Shown piece by piece: positions 41,901 to 51,264 of a stretch of DNA of 64,000 bases. Numbering within the stretch: the stretch's first letter is position 1; each line of letters starts with the position of its first letter. Made by a program: the position numbers and the translations under genes. Source of the DNA: Spirochaetia bacterium (GTDB lineage Bacteria; Spirochaetota; Spirochaetia; SP-2023); assembly GCA_965225855.1 (NCBI GenBank), contig CBDDCK010000005.1, positions 864,001-928,000 on the forward strand, written 5' to 3'. The notes under the pieces are model-generated. The model was not told where the DNA came from, did not search any database, and was given only the letters and a program-made list of their open reading frames with translations.

Positions 41901-42667
41901 CGCTCTTCTTCGGAGATAAAGATGCAATTGCCCGTGGCATAGGGCATGGGCGGGTGCTCAAAAAATAGTATATCATAAATTTTTTGCCTTAAAGACTCGT
42001 CTTGCAAGGGGGCAAAGTGCGGCGCTTGGCAAGCCCAAATCTGGCGAAATTCCTCTCGTACCAAATAGCGGGGAATCGCATAGTCCACCTCTTGGGCCTG
42101 CTTGCGCTGGCGCACTATCTTTTTATTTTTCAGGCGTTCAAAGAAATATTGGCCAAGCGTCTGTAGGCCCTTCTCTTTTAGCCGTTGTGGCAGAACTTTA
42201 TAGGGGTTATCGGGGTTATCACGCACTTCTTTGCCCTCTTTTTGGCTCTTTTCTTTCAGCTCTTGTTCAGCGGAAATAAAATCTGCGCCGCGGTGTTTGG
42301 CCAAATGCATCAAAATGCGCCCCAATTGATGGCTACTCTCTAGCTTTTTTCGCACGGCCGCGTCTCGCAAATAATACACACATTGCTTGCGCAATTGCTT
42401 AGTGCCTGCTGCAATTTTACCTTGAGGGCAGCAATTCCACAGGCCCGCCTCGTACAAGGCCCTACCCAGGAGTTCTAAGCGCTTTTTCGTGCGCACAGTA
42501 TTCGTGCGCGCAGTGCGCTGCAAACGCCTAGCCTCCGCCCCTTCACTAACCTCAAATATCCTAGCACCCGCATCGCAAATCTTCACGGCCTTATTGCACT
42601 CATCTAATTCCACGACTGCCGAGCCGATCGAAGAGACACCTAAATCTAAACCCAAGCGATAACGCAT
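38957..42667 (-). CDS. cas9: Type II-C-like Cas9 (~1236 aa)
   Basis: RuvC-I LGLDLGVSSIG; HLAKHRG; NPAVH; RuvC-II IHVEVGRD; HNH EHLIP...N...N-DKG; DTRY; RuvC-III HRHHALDAIVVA; alternative starts at 42679/42685. Confidence 0.96.
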   Translation of the reverse strand: MRYRLGLDLGVSSIGSAVVELDECNKAVKICDAGARIFEVSEGAEARRLQRTARTNTVRTKKRLELLGRALYEAGLWNCCPQGKIAAGTKQLRKQCVYYLRDAAVRKKLESSHQLGRILMHLAKHRGADFISAEQELKEKSQKEGKEVRDNPDNPYKVLPQRLKEKGLQTLGQYFFERLKNKKIVRQRKQAQEVDYAIPRYLVREEFRQIWACQAPHFAPLQDESLRQKIYDILFFEHPPMPYATGNCIFISEEERLPKAHPLAERHRICEAAHNIRIRRWGTKKSSLELWDEPALTFETKKSSLEKSLLEIKQINIVIETLLMKGQKATPTKIQEALGLDKSSKIVLADKKGIEPYLYANEKFQGMKLCEGDLEELVDFIANPVNPEDVQRRLYTEEQLLQNLKRRLCLENTEEAAEVLHLFPKGRGNLGKTATKAVLKGFACAEQATTQRAITDQLAKEDPRYRAADLAARDQQAQWEALPYYGQILTRDTQPVAQWSAERNSSLNPEEQKYGKLANPAVHMMLNQLRLVVNDIVRIYGRPQAIHVEVGRDVGRSKNKRKEIEKQQKKNREINDEARKYLVERNMVVNGTNILKYKLAKEQKWKDAFDSTKNIPQSFEGFEIEHLIPQARGGSDTPANLCLISRNDNRDKGDSYPYPYLQKSRSPEKLKAILEAAESLPENKAWRFEADAQEIFESDGDMDGTSRYLTDTRYMAKLALRYLRAILAPQRIAAQELGRATSPADASKSGDHSVRIVPIRGQCTAKLRRIWNLLGLEYQLMGFHIPRYLKLPVTDEKIRQKLPENTVNEVHWIKRDTEEVSYHPVDEKGWYKKDLVCNPEWLDKPRMDHRHHALDAIVVALSTRSLIQKITRADKIGRKLPKRELCPLTSCYASGADFVEQVVAVLDEVKVSHKAEHSPQGQLHKETGRIVLGYIAQTKAQEKQYGQFFQKKEEEPAAGDPLTVYKRKVEELIKTQADLRKDVGQFCKFPPEWHERIAKARQDLADAQQGIAANWDRAREQLEQEREEQKAEGKKVKEIGENHIMAKAIALAQHNRADGAKPIAHKIDYFECNKSLITVPKHGLYYQSGNNHRADIVLDIKGDSIIEVIRRFDANDKNFVTQWRQKGLQLQYSLHQGDLLELNTPEEYRSLVSAERCLVVVCKLTVKDNAIGFCLAHDGRNSVLAKKQKYLAPALLVKGGSFFREHGARKVELSPFGKMKRKHKVFCHADTKKEQV

Positions 42668-42742
42668 ATATCTCTCCATGCCCACATTTTCGCCCTTCCC
42701 CTCAATGCGGTAAAAAATAATAATTATTTTTCTATTTTACAC

Positions 42743-42771
42743 TTGACAGCAAAAAGTGCAAGTATTATAGT
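42743..42771 (+). promoter_or_regulatory. Sigma70-type promoter for the tracrRNA
   Basis: TTGACA (42743)-17 bp-TATAGT (42766). Confidence 0.75.
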
Positions 42772-42777
42772 GGCTTT

Positions 42778-42910
42778 TGTATTGGGCCGGGCACTCTCAT
42801 ACTATAGTTTTGTTGGACGATCAAGACTATTATAATAAAGGTCATTGCGATTATTTCGCTTTGTGCCCAAAAATGCGGGCTCTGTTTTTGGAAACAGAGC
42901 CCTTTATCTT
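42778..42910 (+). ncRNA. tracrRNA (divergent from cas9)
   Basis: 27-nt perfect anti-repeat 42799-42825, 5-nt bulge, TATAAT lower stem 42831-42836; hairpin GCGA-TTATT-TCGC; terminator GGGCTCTGTTT/AAACAGAGCCC 42877-42902 plus Ts. Confidence 0.92.
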
Positions 42911-43061
42911 TGCCTAGGCTCTCCCCATCTTTTTCTATCCCACCCGTTGGCCCAGCTGTGGCTATCTTCCTAAGGAGCTGTGCGCATCCCTCTGCAATTT
43001 ATAAGTATCCTAAGTATCCCTTAAAGCTGTGCTGTCGCTGTGGCCAACGGTTAGGGCTATT

Positions 43062-43347
43062 TCAGCGGTGCTTTTGTCTTGGCGTGCTGTCTTGGCGTGC
43101 CAAGTTTTGAATTTGCGCAATTTCGTATGCGTCTAGCGGGCTGTGGCTTTTGCGGTAGCGTTCTTGTAAGGCTTGGCATTCTAGGCTGGCTTGGTGATAC
43201 CATTCATAAGCATTTAAGGCTTTGTCTTTGTATTCTGAAACTTCCCGCTCCAGCTTGTAAAAGCCCGGCTTGCCAATCGATGGCAAAACTTCGTGGGTTA
43301 CCCAGCGCTTAAAGCTTTGGCCTCTGGTTTGGTATTGCCACAGTCTC
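43062..43347 (-). pseudogene. BRO-N/antirepressor remnant fused to the dispersed repeat
   Basis: FKRWVTHEVLPSI-K-G-Y is the end motif of BRO-N; the upstream part of ORF 43062-43550 is translated repeat DNA. Confidence 0.7.
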
Positions 43348-43556
43348 GTTGGAAAATCCCCAGGTTGCAAATCAAAAAAGCTAGTAAGGTTTTGACTGAA
43401 AACCTTATTAGCTTTTTTTGGAAACCTTACTAGCTTTTTGAGACTACGGCCCGTTACCATGATATTTTGATACTTGATGCCATATTGTTGCCCAATTACT
43501 GCCGACAATGACCCATAGGCCGAAAAACAAAAATTTTTTACTTGTTCCATTTGTGG
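43348..43556. repeat. Dispersed repeat, copy 2 (direct repeat of 29022-29257)
   Basis: High identity to copy 1 with small indels and an inverted palindrome loop. Confidence 0.88.
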
Positions 43557-43774
43557 CCAATTTGATATTTACCCATTATTTTTAATGTTTAGATGTTTAG
43601 ATATTTAGCCCCCAATTAGGGCTTGTTCTGCAATATCAAAAGCAGCTTTGCGGGTTTGGGCCTCTTGGCAAGTTTTGGCAAAAATGTTGTTGCCCCGTAT
43701 GATAAGCTAATAAGCCAAGCGGTGCGGCAGCGTATCGCAACAGTTCTCAAGTAAAATTAAAGTGGGTTAGTTGG

Positions 43775-44239
43775 TTATTTAAGTATGATAGAATTAAGTT
43801 TTTGGACTAACAATTTTGGTTGCTCGTGAAAATCTTTGAATAATTTATTGACCACTTCTGCTAAACTGTAACTTAATCGAAAAGTCGTTCGTATCCCATT
43901 CATATTGAATTGATCGCCATACCCCCAATTTTCTTCAAGAGCCAAATAATAGTCTTTTAAAATTTCAGGATGTTTTTGTGTCCATTTATCTTTAATAAAT
44001 GATCTCATATCACTAATGCTAGCATCATAATCAGTACCCTTAATGCTTTCGAGCGTTAATTGAATCCCTTGAAGTATCAAAGTGTCCCCATAAGCATCAT
44101 TATTACTTTTTCTTTTTCCAAACACAAACGCTTGCTCATATCTTTCCTTTATCCAATCTAGTAAGCTGGTTTGTGCTTATAGATTAGTGCCTATAATGAT
44201 GTGAATAATCAATAATAGACTGAAGCATGTTTTTTGCAT
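43775..44239 (-). pseudogene. Secreted hypothetical protein with a nonsense codon after the signal peptide
   Basis: GAGGAG RBS; MQKTCFSLLLIIHIIIGTNL*AQTSLLDW... in frame with ORF 43775-44125. Confidence 0.65.
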
Positions 44240-44262
44240 AAAAATCTTTCTCCTCTGCACTT

Positions 44263-45036
44263 TTACTTTAGGATTTCAAAATTACAAACAATTTTATTAT
44301 TTTCACAAAAATATGTGGTTGTTAGATTACCGAATGGGGTTTTTGTACTATAACATACCCCTCTTGTTCCCAAGACCCTGATACTACCGATTTAGCTCTA
44401 TTGTAAAATGCATTTGGACGCACTAATACGGGATATGTGCTTACTATCTTTCCATTTTTTTCATTGAATTGAATTAGAGTATAGCTTTCAGTTTCTTCAC
44501 TAAAGAAATATCCCAGAATTTATTCATCAATGTAATCGTCATAATTTTCGGCTGGAACTTTTAATCTGATCTTAGTTTGTATAAGCCCGTCAATTCCGTG
44601 CCTCTCATAAAAGAATGTTTTATGTTCAGTTCTGTCGGCATTCCAAAAACCACTAGATATTTTCTTAGTATTTAGTTTGTCTATAAAGTATTTCTTAAAA
44701 GCAGCATTATATTTGTCTAATGCTTTTAAAGGTTCTTCTCTTCCTAAAGGTGTTACGTCTTCTAAATTTAGAAAAAAATTCTTTAAATGGGGATAACCAT
44801 TTAACTCAAAGTCTTTTAATAAATCTAAATGTTTTTTAAAGAGCACTTCACTCATATCTTTTAAAAGAGATTCAACGACTTTAATGTCAAAGTTTTTTAG
44901 GTAATCATAGTTCTGCGTTTTCTTTTTTTGTTTCTAAAGGTTTTTCTTGCGCTTGTAGCTCTTGAGTTGGTTGTTTATTTGCTTTACAAGCTATCACCAT
45001 AGCTATAGTTAGTGTTATTAGAGTTATTTTCTTCAT
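44263..45036 (-). pseudogene. Decayed lipoprotein, paralog of 45100-45746
   Basis: MKKITLITLTIAMVIAC signal; frameshift near the A7 tract (44923-44929); in-frame stop DE*ILGYF; later GSWEQE and YFC...C match the neighbour. Confidence 0.65.
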
Positions 45037-45099
45037 TGTATATCTCCTTGTTTTCTTCCTTTAGTAGTAAAATTAAAATGGGGTAGTAATTAAAAATCT

Positions 45100-45746
45100 T
45101 TAGTTAGACGGAAGGCTCTCTTCTGGTTTAGGGCTGTTACAACTAATATCTTTGGGTTTACAAAAATATCTAATATCTACATTGAATGAATCTTCATATG
45201 AACCTTTAACATGAAGGTTATAGCTCTTGTCCTCGTCCCAACTTCCCATCCGACTATCCCCGTCTTTATCTGTAAATAAAACCCATGGCGGTGATGATAC
45301 TGGTAGTAAATCTCTGCGGTCGCTTGATTTTTTAATAGGCCCAATTGCCTCACCAATTAGTATTAGTATATAGCCTTGCGATATTGGGTCCATAAAATAG
45401 CCCACAAGATAATCTGCAACAACTGATCCACTCTTATCTACATATTGCATTATTAGAATTCTTTTAGATTGATTTAATTGTATTTGTCAAGCTCTTCTCT
45501 TTCTGATAGTAGAGAAGATTTATAGTATTCAAGCCTTGCTTCTATATGTCTCATAGTTACATTTCTGGAAGAGTTAAGAACTTTAAAACCTTCTCTCTCA
45601 AAGTAATTAAGGGCTTCCGTGAATTCTTTTTCTTGTTCAGGCGATAACGTTTCTTTAGCTTGTAAGTTTGAGCTAATAAAAACGCTAGTATTATAAGATA
45701 AAAATATAGCAATAGATATTACTATCAATAGTTTGGTTGTTTTCAT
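45100..45746 (-). pseudogene. Secreted hypothetical protein split by a 1-nt frameshift
   Basis: ORFs 45474-45746 (signal peptide) and 45100-45450 join if one A is added near 45485. Confidence 0.6.
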
Positions 45747-45944
45747 CGTATATTCCCTATGATGCTAATAAAAATAATTCGCTTATCAAAGCGTATTTGT
45801 AATTTATAACTACATAATATTTATCTTTGGCCAAGTGAAAATAAATAAAATACTAAAAATCGGCTTTATTTGTAAAAATAATTTACAAATAAACATTTAA
45901 GCGTTTTCTTTTCAAGCTAATGAATTTCTATATTATTATAAAAT

Positions 45945-46175
45945 ATGCTAGAGCAACAAATACAAGAATTATTACAACAAGGGAAAACCCAACGACAAAT
46001 TGCAGTCGAGCTGGGCACGAATGTATCTAAGATAAATCGGATTATTAAACGCTTGAAACAAGATGAAACAAAACCTAAAAAATTGAAACAAAATGAAACA
46101 CGCAATAACAAAAGTAAGGCTACAGTAAGCCAATGGCTCACTTACAAAAAAATTTTGCTAGGGTGTGTTTTTTGA
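45945..46175 (+). CDS. Small helix-turn-helix protein
   Basis: LLQQGKTQRQIAVELGTNVSKINRII. Confidence 0.7.
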   Translation: MLEQQIQELLQQGKTQRQIAVELGTNVSKINRIIKRLKQDETKPKKLKQNETRNNKSKATVSQWLTYKKILLGCVF

Positions 46176-46299
46176 AATAAAAAATTTATGGCATTAAAAA
46201 GTGTTGTTTGCATAGTTGGTTTTAGAGAAATGCTCGAATTGGTCAATAATATAAGGTAATGCTAGGCATTCACAAAAAAGTTGGCTACAATGTGAGGCC

Positions 46300-47079
46300 A
46301 TGGCTAAGACTTATGTTATCGCAAACCAAAAAGGTGGTGTTGGTAAAACAACAACAACTGCAAATCTTGCTGCATACCTTGCGCTAGAAGGTTGCCGTGT
46401 ATTGATGGTCGACTTTGACCCCCAGGGGAATTTGTCTAGCCATTTTGGTCATCACAATATTGAAAATACAAGCATGTATGAAGTATTGCTGGGCGAATGC
46501 AGTATTCAAGAAATTATTGTTACTTTAGAAGAGAGCGGAATGCAAGGGCTTTCTTTAGCTCCAGCGAATTTGCATCTTTCTGGTGCTACGGTTGAGCTAG
46601 CCAAGGCTGATAGACGCAACCATTATTTGAAGGCAGCTCTGGAACCTGTTGTTGATTTATATGACTATATTCTGATAGACTGTCCACCATCTTTGGGTGT
46701 ATTGACACTCAATGGCTTTGCGGCTGCCCAGCGGGTTCTCATACCATTGCAATGTGAGTTTTTGGCTTTAGAAGGCTTACTGGGTATGATTTTTAATACA
46801 ATCCACAAGGTGCAACAGGGCGTGAATCCGGCCTTAGAAATTGGTGGAATTATTTTTACCATGTATGATGGCCGTACCAAATTTGCCAACGATGTCATCA
46901 ATTCTGTGCGAAATACTTTTGCCGATTATCCTGACTATATTTTTAATACGATTGTCCCCCGCAATATACGGCTTTCAGAAGCACCATCTCATGCTTTGCC
47001 TATATCTTTGTATTCTCCAGATTGTGTGGGAGCCAAAAGCTATAAGGCTTTGGCAAAAGAGGTAATTGCTCGTGGCTAA
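46300..47079 (+). CDS. parA: ParA/Soj family ATPase
   Basis: ANQKGGVGKTTT, DFDPQGN, IDCPPSLG, LSEAPSH. Confidence 0.95.
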   Translation: MAKTYVIANQKGGVGKTTTTANLAAYLALEGCRVLMVDFDPQGNLSSHFGHHNIENTSMYEVLLGECSIQEIIVTLEESGMQGLSLAPANLHLSGATVELAKADRRNHYLKAALEPVVDLYDYILIDCPPSLGVLTLNGFAAAQRVLIPLQCEFLALEGLLGMIFNTIHKVQQGVNPALEIGGIIFTMYDGRTKFANDVINSVRNTFADYPDYIFNTIVPRNIRLSEAPSHALPISLYSPDCVGAKSYKALAKEVIARG

Positions 47080-48433
47080 GCGGGTAGCAGGTTTAGGCCG
47101 AGGCCTGGAGGCATTGCTTCCTTCTGCCGATATAAATAGTCAGTTACAGAAAATCAAAAAAGCCAATACGGTCGGCAGTACAAATACATCGGAACTGGAA
47201 GCAGAGCAGATTGGCACCCATATTCAAGAATTGCCATTGAGTGCGATACGGCCGGCTAGTGAGCAGCCGCGCAAGCACTTTGATGAATTGACCATTCGTG
47301 AGCTCGCCCAGTCTATTTTTGAACATGGTTTGTTGCAGCCTATTTTAGTGATGCCGCTAGCTGCTAGTGAGTTTTCAGATGATGGTGCCAAATATCGGGT
47401 GCTCGCTGGCGAACGGCGATTTCGCGCTTGCCAAATTCTCCAGTGGCCAAAACTTCCGGCGATTGTCAAAACAGTTTCCGAGGTTGAGCGCTTTGAATTG
47501 GCGTTGGTGGAAAATATTCAGCGGGAAGACTTAACCCCTATTGATGAAGCCCTGGCTTATGAGTATTTGCTGCGCATTTCGGGCTTATCGCAAAATGAAA
47601 TGGCTAAACGCTTGGGGAAAGAGCGTTCTTCATTGGCCAATAGTCTGCGTTTATTGCAATTGCCCCCTAAAGTGCAAGAGGGGTTATCTCAAGGTATCAT
47701 TCGTTCTGGCCATGCCAAAGCTTTGCTGATGCTCAAAGAATGGTCTGAAAGTCTCTTAGATGCATATGCATTGTGTGTCGGTGAAGCATGGACTGTACGA
47801 GCGGTGGAACGGCATTGCCAACAGGTGTTGAGCCAGTTATCTAATGCTGCCAATGTGGAAACAGCCAGCAAAAGTTTGCCCAAAGAAACAAGGGAAACAA
47901 GGGAAACAATTGTTGTTGAGACTTTAGAAGACCCTCACAAGCAGCTCCAGCATATTGAGCCAAAAAGTTTAGAGTTCAAAAAAGAACAATCCCAACCGCA
48001 ATTTGAGGAAGAGGGTGAATTGGTCAAAGATGGTGGGCCGAGTGTTTCGCAATTGCCCAGACAAAATCGAGCAGAAATAAATCACATTGAGATAAATGAA
48101 GCTGGAATAATAGAGCCAAAACAATCGCAAGCAATAATACCAATACAAGAGAAAGAGTCAAAATATTGGGGGGCTGGTGGCATGTTGTTTAAAGAAGAAC
48201 AGTTAGAAAGCCATTTGGCTAAAGTGATGAGTTTGTCTTTGCCATTGCGCTTGCAATTGCGCTTGGAAGTAGATTCGGAAGTAAATTCGCAAACAAACAA
48301 TACAGTCCAAGATGGCCGTATTGTGGTGCACAGGCCCCGCAAAGCCTTGTTACAAGTGGAATTTGAAAATGAAGAACAGTGGGAACTTTGGCTAAACCAG
48401 TTAGGCCTTAATCAAGTTTTGGACAGTACTTAG
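47072..48433 (+). CDS. parB: ParB/Spo0J partition protein with a long acidic C-terminal insertion
   Basis: GLGRGLEALL, QPRKHF, GLLQPI, AGERRFRA, ENIQREDL, N-LRLL-LP, GHAKALL. Confidence 0.92.
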   Translation: MAKRVAGLGRGLEALLPSADINSQLQKIKKANTVGSTNTSELEAEQIGTHIQELPLSAIRPASEQPRKHFDELTIRELAQSIFEHGLLQPILVMPLAASEFSDDGAKYRVLAGERRFRACQILQWPKLPAIVKTVSEVERFELALVENIQREDLTPIDEALAYEYLLRISGLSQNEMAKRLGKERSSLANSLRLLQLPPKVQEGLSQGIIRSGHAKALLMLKEWSESLLDAYALCVGEAWTVRAVERHCQQVLSQLSNAANVETASKSLPKETRETRETIVVETLEDPHKQLQHIEPKSLEFKKEQSQPQFEEEGELVKDGGPSVSQLPRQNRAEINHIEINEAGIIEPKQSQAIIPIQEKESKYWGAGGMLFKEEQLESHLAKVMSLSLPLRLQLRLEVDSEVNSQTNNTVQDGRIVVHRPRKALLQVEFENEEQWELWLNQLGLNQVLDST

Positions 48434-48521
48434 TATAAAAACGAATATTTTTTATAGAATGAAATGATATATATTTTGTGTGTTTTTGATGAAGTATTAA
48501 AATAATTAAGGGGCTGATAAA

Positions 48522-49430
48522 ATGGGGATATTAAATAAGCGTTCTTGGCAGCAGCGTTTGCGGGAACTTTTTCAAAAACTGCGTTTTTCAGAGGAAAGCC
48601 TAGACTATTTAGAGGATTTACTGCTGGAAGCAGATATAGCCCCCATTTTGGCAATAGATTTTAGTAAAGAGTTGCGCAACCAAGCTGTCAAACAAAAATT
48701 GCAAACAGAACAAGATTTGTTGGGACAGATGGCCCGCCAATTAGAAAGTCGTTTACTGGGAAATGATGGCAGTTTTGAGCAGCAATTGCGTTCTGACAAG
48801 TTGCAAGTCATTATGTTGCTGGGCGTAAATGGTGTTGGGAAAACGACAATTTTGGCCAAATTAATTCCTTACCTTTCTAAAAAATGCGATATACCTTTAA
48901 ATGAAATTACAATTGGAGCAGGTGATACGTTTCGTGCAGCAGCAATTGATCAATTAAAAATTCACGGAGAACGTTTGGGAGTCCGGGTTGTTGCTCAAGA
49001 ACATGGGCATGATAGTGCTGCAGTCATTTACGATGCGGTTTCAAGTGCATTGGCGCGCAAGCACAGGCTAGTAATGCTCGATACAGCGGGCAGAATGCAT
49101 ACCAAAAAATTATTGCTTGAAGAGTTGGCTAAAATTGGCCGAGTATTAGACCGCCTTATAGAAATAGAGCAACGTCATAATTTGATTGTGATTGATGCGA
49201 CTACGGGCAAAAATGCACTTTCTCAAGCAGAGACATTTTACGAAATGTTGCCTTTGCGGGGTTCTATTGTTACGAAGTTGGATTCAAAATGTGGTGGTGG
49301 CATTGTATTTTCTTTAAGTGATAAATTGAAACTACCGGTGCTATATGAAGGCCAGGGAGAAAAATATAACCAATTAGCTGCTTTTGAGCCAAGTATTTAT
49401 GTGCAAAATTTGTTGGGAATTTCCCATTGA
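48522..49430 (+). CDS. ftsY: Signal recognition particle receptor
   Basis: GVNGVGKTT, DTFRAAA, DTAGR, DATTG, TKLD. Confidence 0.93.
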   Translation: MGILNKRSWQQRLRELFQKLRFSEESLDYLEDLLLEADIAPILAIDFSKELRNQAVKQKLQTEQDLLGQMARQLESRLLGNDGSFEQQLRSDKLQVIMLLGVNGVGKTTILAKLIPYLSKKCDIPLNEITIGAGDTFRAAAIDQLKIHGERLGVRVVAQEHGHDSAAVIYDAVSSALARKHRLVMLDTAGRMHTKKLLLEELAKIGRVLDRLIEIEQRHNLIVIDATTGKNALSQAETFYEMLPLRGSIVTKLDSKCGGGIVFSLSDKLKLPVLYEGQGEKYNQLAAFEPSIYVQNLLGISH

Positions 49431-49451
49431 TCTTTTCAATAGATCTTCAAT

Positions 49452-50534
49452 TTAATATTGGCTGCGTCCCAAACGTATTTTGTAGCGCTGATATATACGG
49501 CGCAAAATTTCTTCACTAATGAGCCGGCTCCCTTCAAGAGTGAAATGAACTCCATCTTTGGTTCGCAGTGAATACAATTTGCCATCAATAACTTTGCTCT
49601 GTATGTAAGAGCCATCATCATTTGAAATGATGTTTACGGTTTCAATGATCTCATCAGCCATTTGGTGTGCTTGTAATCGTTGAGCAGTTCCAACAGTATT
49701 CATACATTCTTGATAATCTTGTTTGAGCATTGGGGGGTTCATTAGCCACCACACAGCAGCCCCTTGCTTTTTAATGATTGTGATAAATTCTTGAATTTTC
49801 ATACCGTAGGCCGCAGGCCAATTATCTGAACCGTAGCTGGTCACGCTGCCATCTTCATTGCGCACGGCTTGGCAACTATTGGCTCCAATAAAAACCAAAA
49901 CCAAATCGTAGTGCCTTTTGCTAAGTAGTTTGCGCAAAGTATTGGGCCAATCGACAAAATGTTTGTTGGTTAATGTTGATGATACGATTCCATTAGCAGT
50001 TAGGCTGACACTGGGGATATTGCTCAATAAAGGGTTTAAGCTTAACTCGATAGATTGTGCTAGGGAGTCTCCAACCAATAATACTTGTAATGGTTGCCTT
50101 TCAGAATAATAAAATAGCGACTGGGAGCCTTCTTTGTAGTGGCCTTTGATTGGATGTGGCTTTGCATTGTTATGGTATTTTTGCCAAAGCCATTGAGAAT
50201 TGCGGAAACGTTTTTGCCAACGCAACAAAGCCCCATCTAAACGTAAAGGTTGTAAAGTTTGCAATATTGCGATCATTTGGTCCTGCTGCTTGGTGCTCAA
50301 TTTACCATTGCGGTAGACCCAAGACTCTACCGATTGGTAGCTAAGTAGCAAGGCAACAATGATAAAAATAATTACACAAACACACAGCCAAACTGCACGA
50401 TAGCGCAGACCATAAACTGGCAAGATATCCAACCAGTGATTTTTCATTTGTGCCATATCAAATTTAATCAGACATTTTGGGAAATATAGAATAGACTTTT
50501 GAGTTGGTGACAGATTCAAAAACATTTTGAGCAT
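49452..50534 (-). CDS. SGNH/GDSL hydrolase-like (DUF459) membrane-anchored protein
   Basis: VGDS block I, FIGAN, DGVHFT. Confidence 0.8.
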   Translation of the reverse strand: MLKMFLNLSPTQKSILYFPKCLIKFDMAQMKNHWLDILPVYGLRYRAVWLCVCVIIFIIVALLLSYQSVESWVYRNGKLSTKQQDQMIAILQTLQPLRLDGALLRWQKRFRNSQWLWQKYHNNAKPHPIKGHYKEGSQSLFYYSERQPLQVLLVGDSLAQSIELSLNPLLSNIPSVSLTANGIVSSTLTNKHFVDWPNTLRKLLSKRHYDLVLVFIGANSCQAVRNEDGSVTSYGSDNWPAAYGMKIQEFITIIKKQGAAVWWLMNPPMLKQDYQECMNTVGTAQRLQAHQMADEIIETVNIISNDDGSYIQSKVIDGKLYSLRTKDGVHFTLEGSRLISEEILRRIYQRYKIRLGRSQY

Positions 50535-51264
50535 TTTGACTGGGCAAATTTTCTTTTATGCTTTTTAGACTACTGTTATAATCCATCATCTCTGCAGGTT
50601 TTAGAAGTACTGCTGATTGCGTGTAACTTATCCCTGGTACAGCAAGTGGCGGTTCTGAATCGACAAGATTAAAATATTGTTCCATTTTTCCATTCTCTTT
50701 GTTACTTATGAATAATAATTTTTCGGAGGTAGATAGGAATTCTTGAGGGAAGAGCGTTTGTTCATTGTACAATGCAGATTGAAAATTCGTTCTCTTTCGT
50801 TAGTATTACATCGCGAAAATCTGCACTGAGTAATGAAGCCTGTGTTAAATTAGCCTCACTAAGGTTTACTGTTTGAAAATTTGCCAATTGCCAAGTAGCT
50901 TCCTTTAAGTAAGCGCGTTGGAGCATAGCACCTAAATCGGCTAGAGCTAAGTTTGCACCCTTCAAATAAGCGTTATTGAGTTTGGCTCCCCGCAAATGAG
51001 CACCCTCCAAATTTCCAATAGTAATTTTAGCATGTCTATTGAGCCATAGCATGCAGCCAAATGCAAGGTCGTCCAACCTTGATCACCTCAGCTTTCATCG
51101 GTTATAGGGTATGGATATTAATAATATCATCTCCATTGAGGTATTCTCCAGCTATCTATATTTTGTTTTGGCTTACGGTTAAGAGAAATTTATCTTCATC
51201 TCTTAGAGCTACAAGATGCTGTAAAAAACAAAAAGTAATAATAGAATTGCAGCGAATTTTTCAC
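50464..51264 (-). pseudogene. Decayed lipoprotein with an ankyrin motif and pentapeptide repeats
   Basis: Signal-like ...FLFFTASC then stop; DQGWTTLHLAACYG at 51043-51084; A-x-L-x-x repeats at 50762-51076 in another frame. Confidence 0.55.

Noticed and set aside
38976..41942. Many antisense and alternative-frame ORFs within cas9, a possible hidden cas1
   Set aside because: None shows Cas1 motifs; such ORFs are expected in GC-richer coding DNA.
43062..43550. 162-aa ORF as an intact gene
   Set aside because: Its N-terminal half is the non-coding dispersed repeat also present at 29022-29257; only the BRO-like fragment looks protein-derived.
46176..48433. Replication origin near parAB
   Set aside because: No dnaA, DnaA-box cluster or parS palindrome was recognised.
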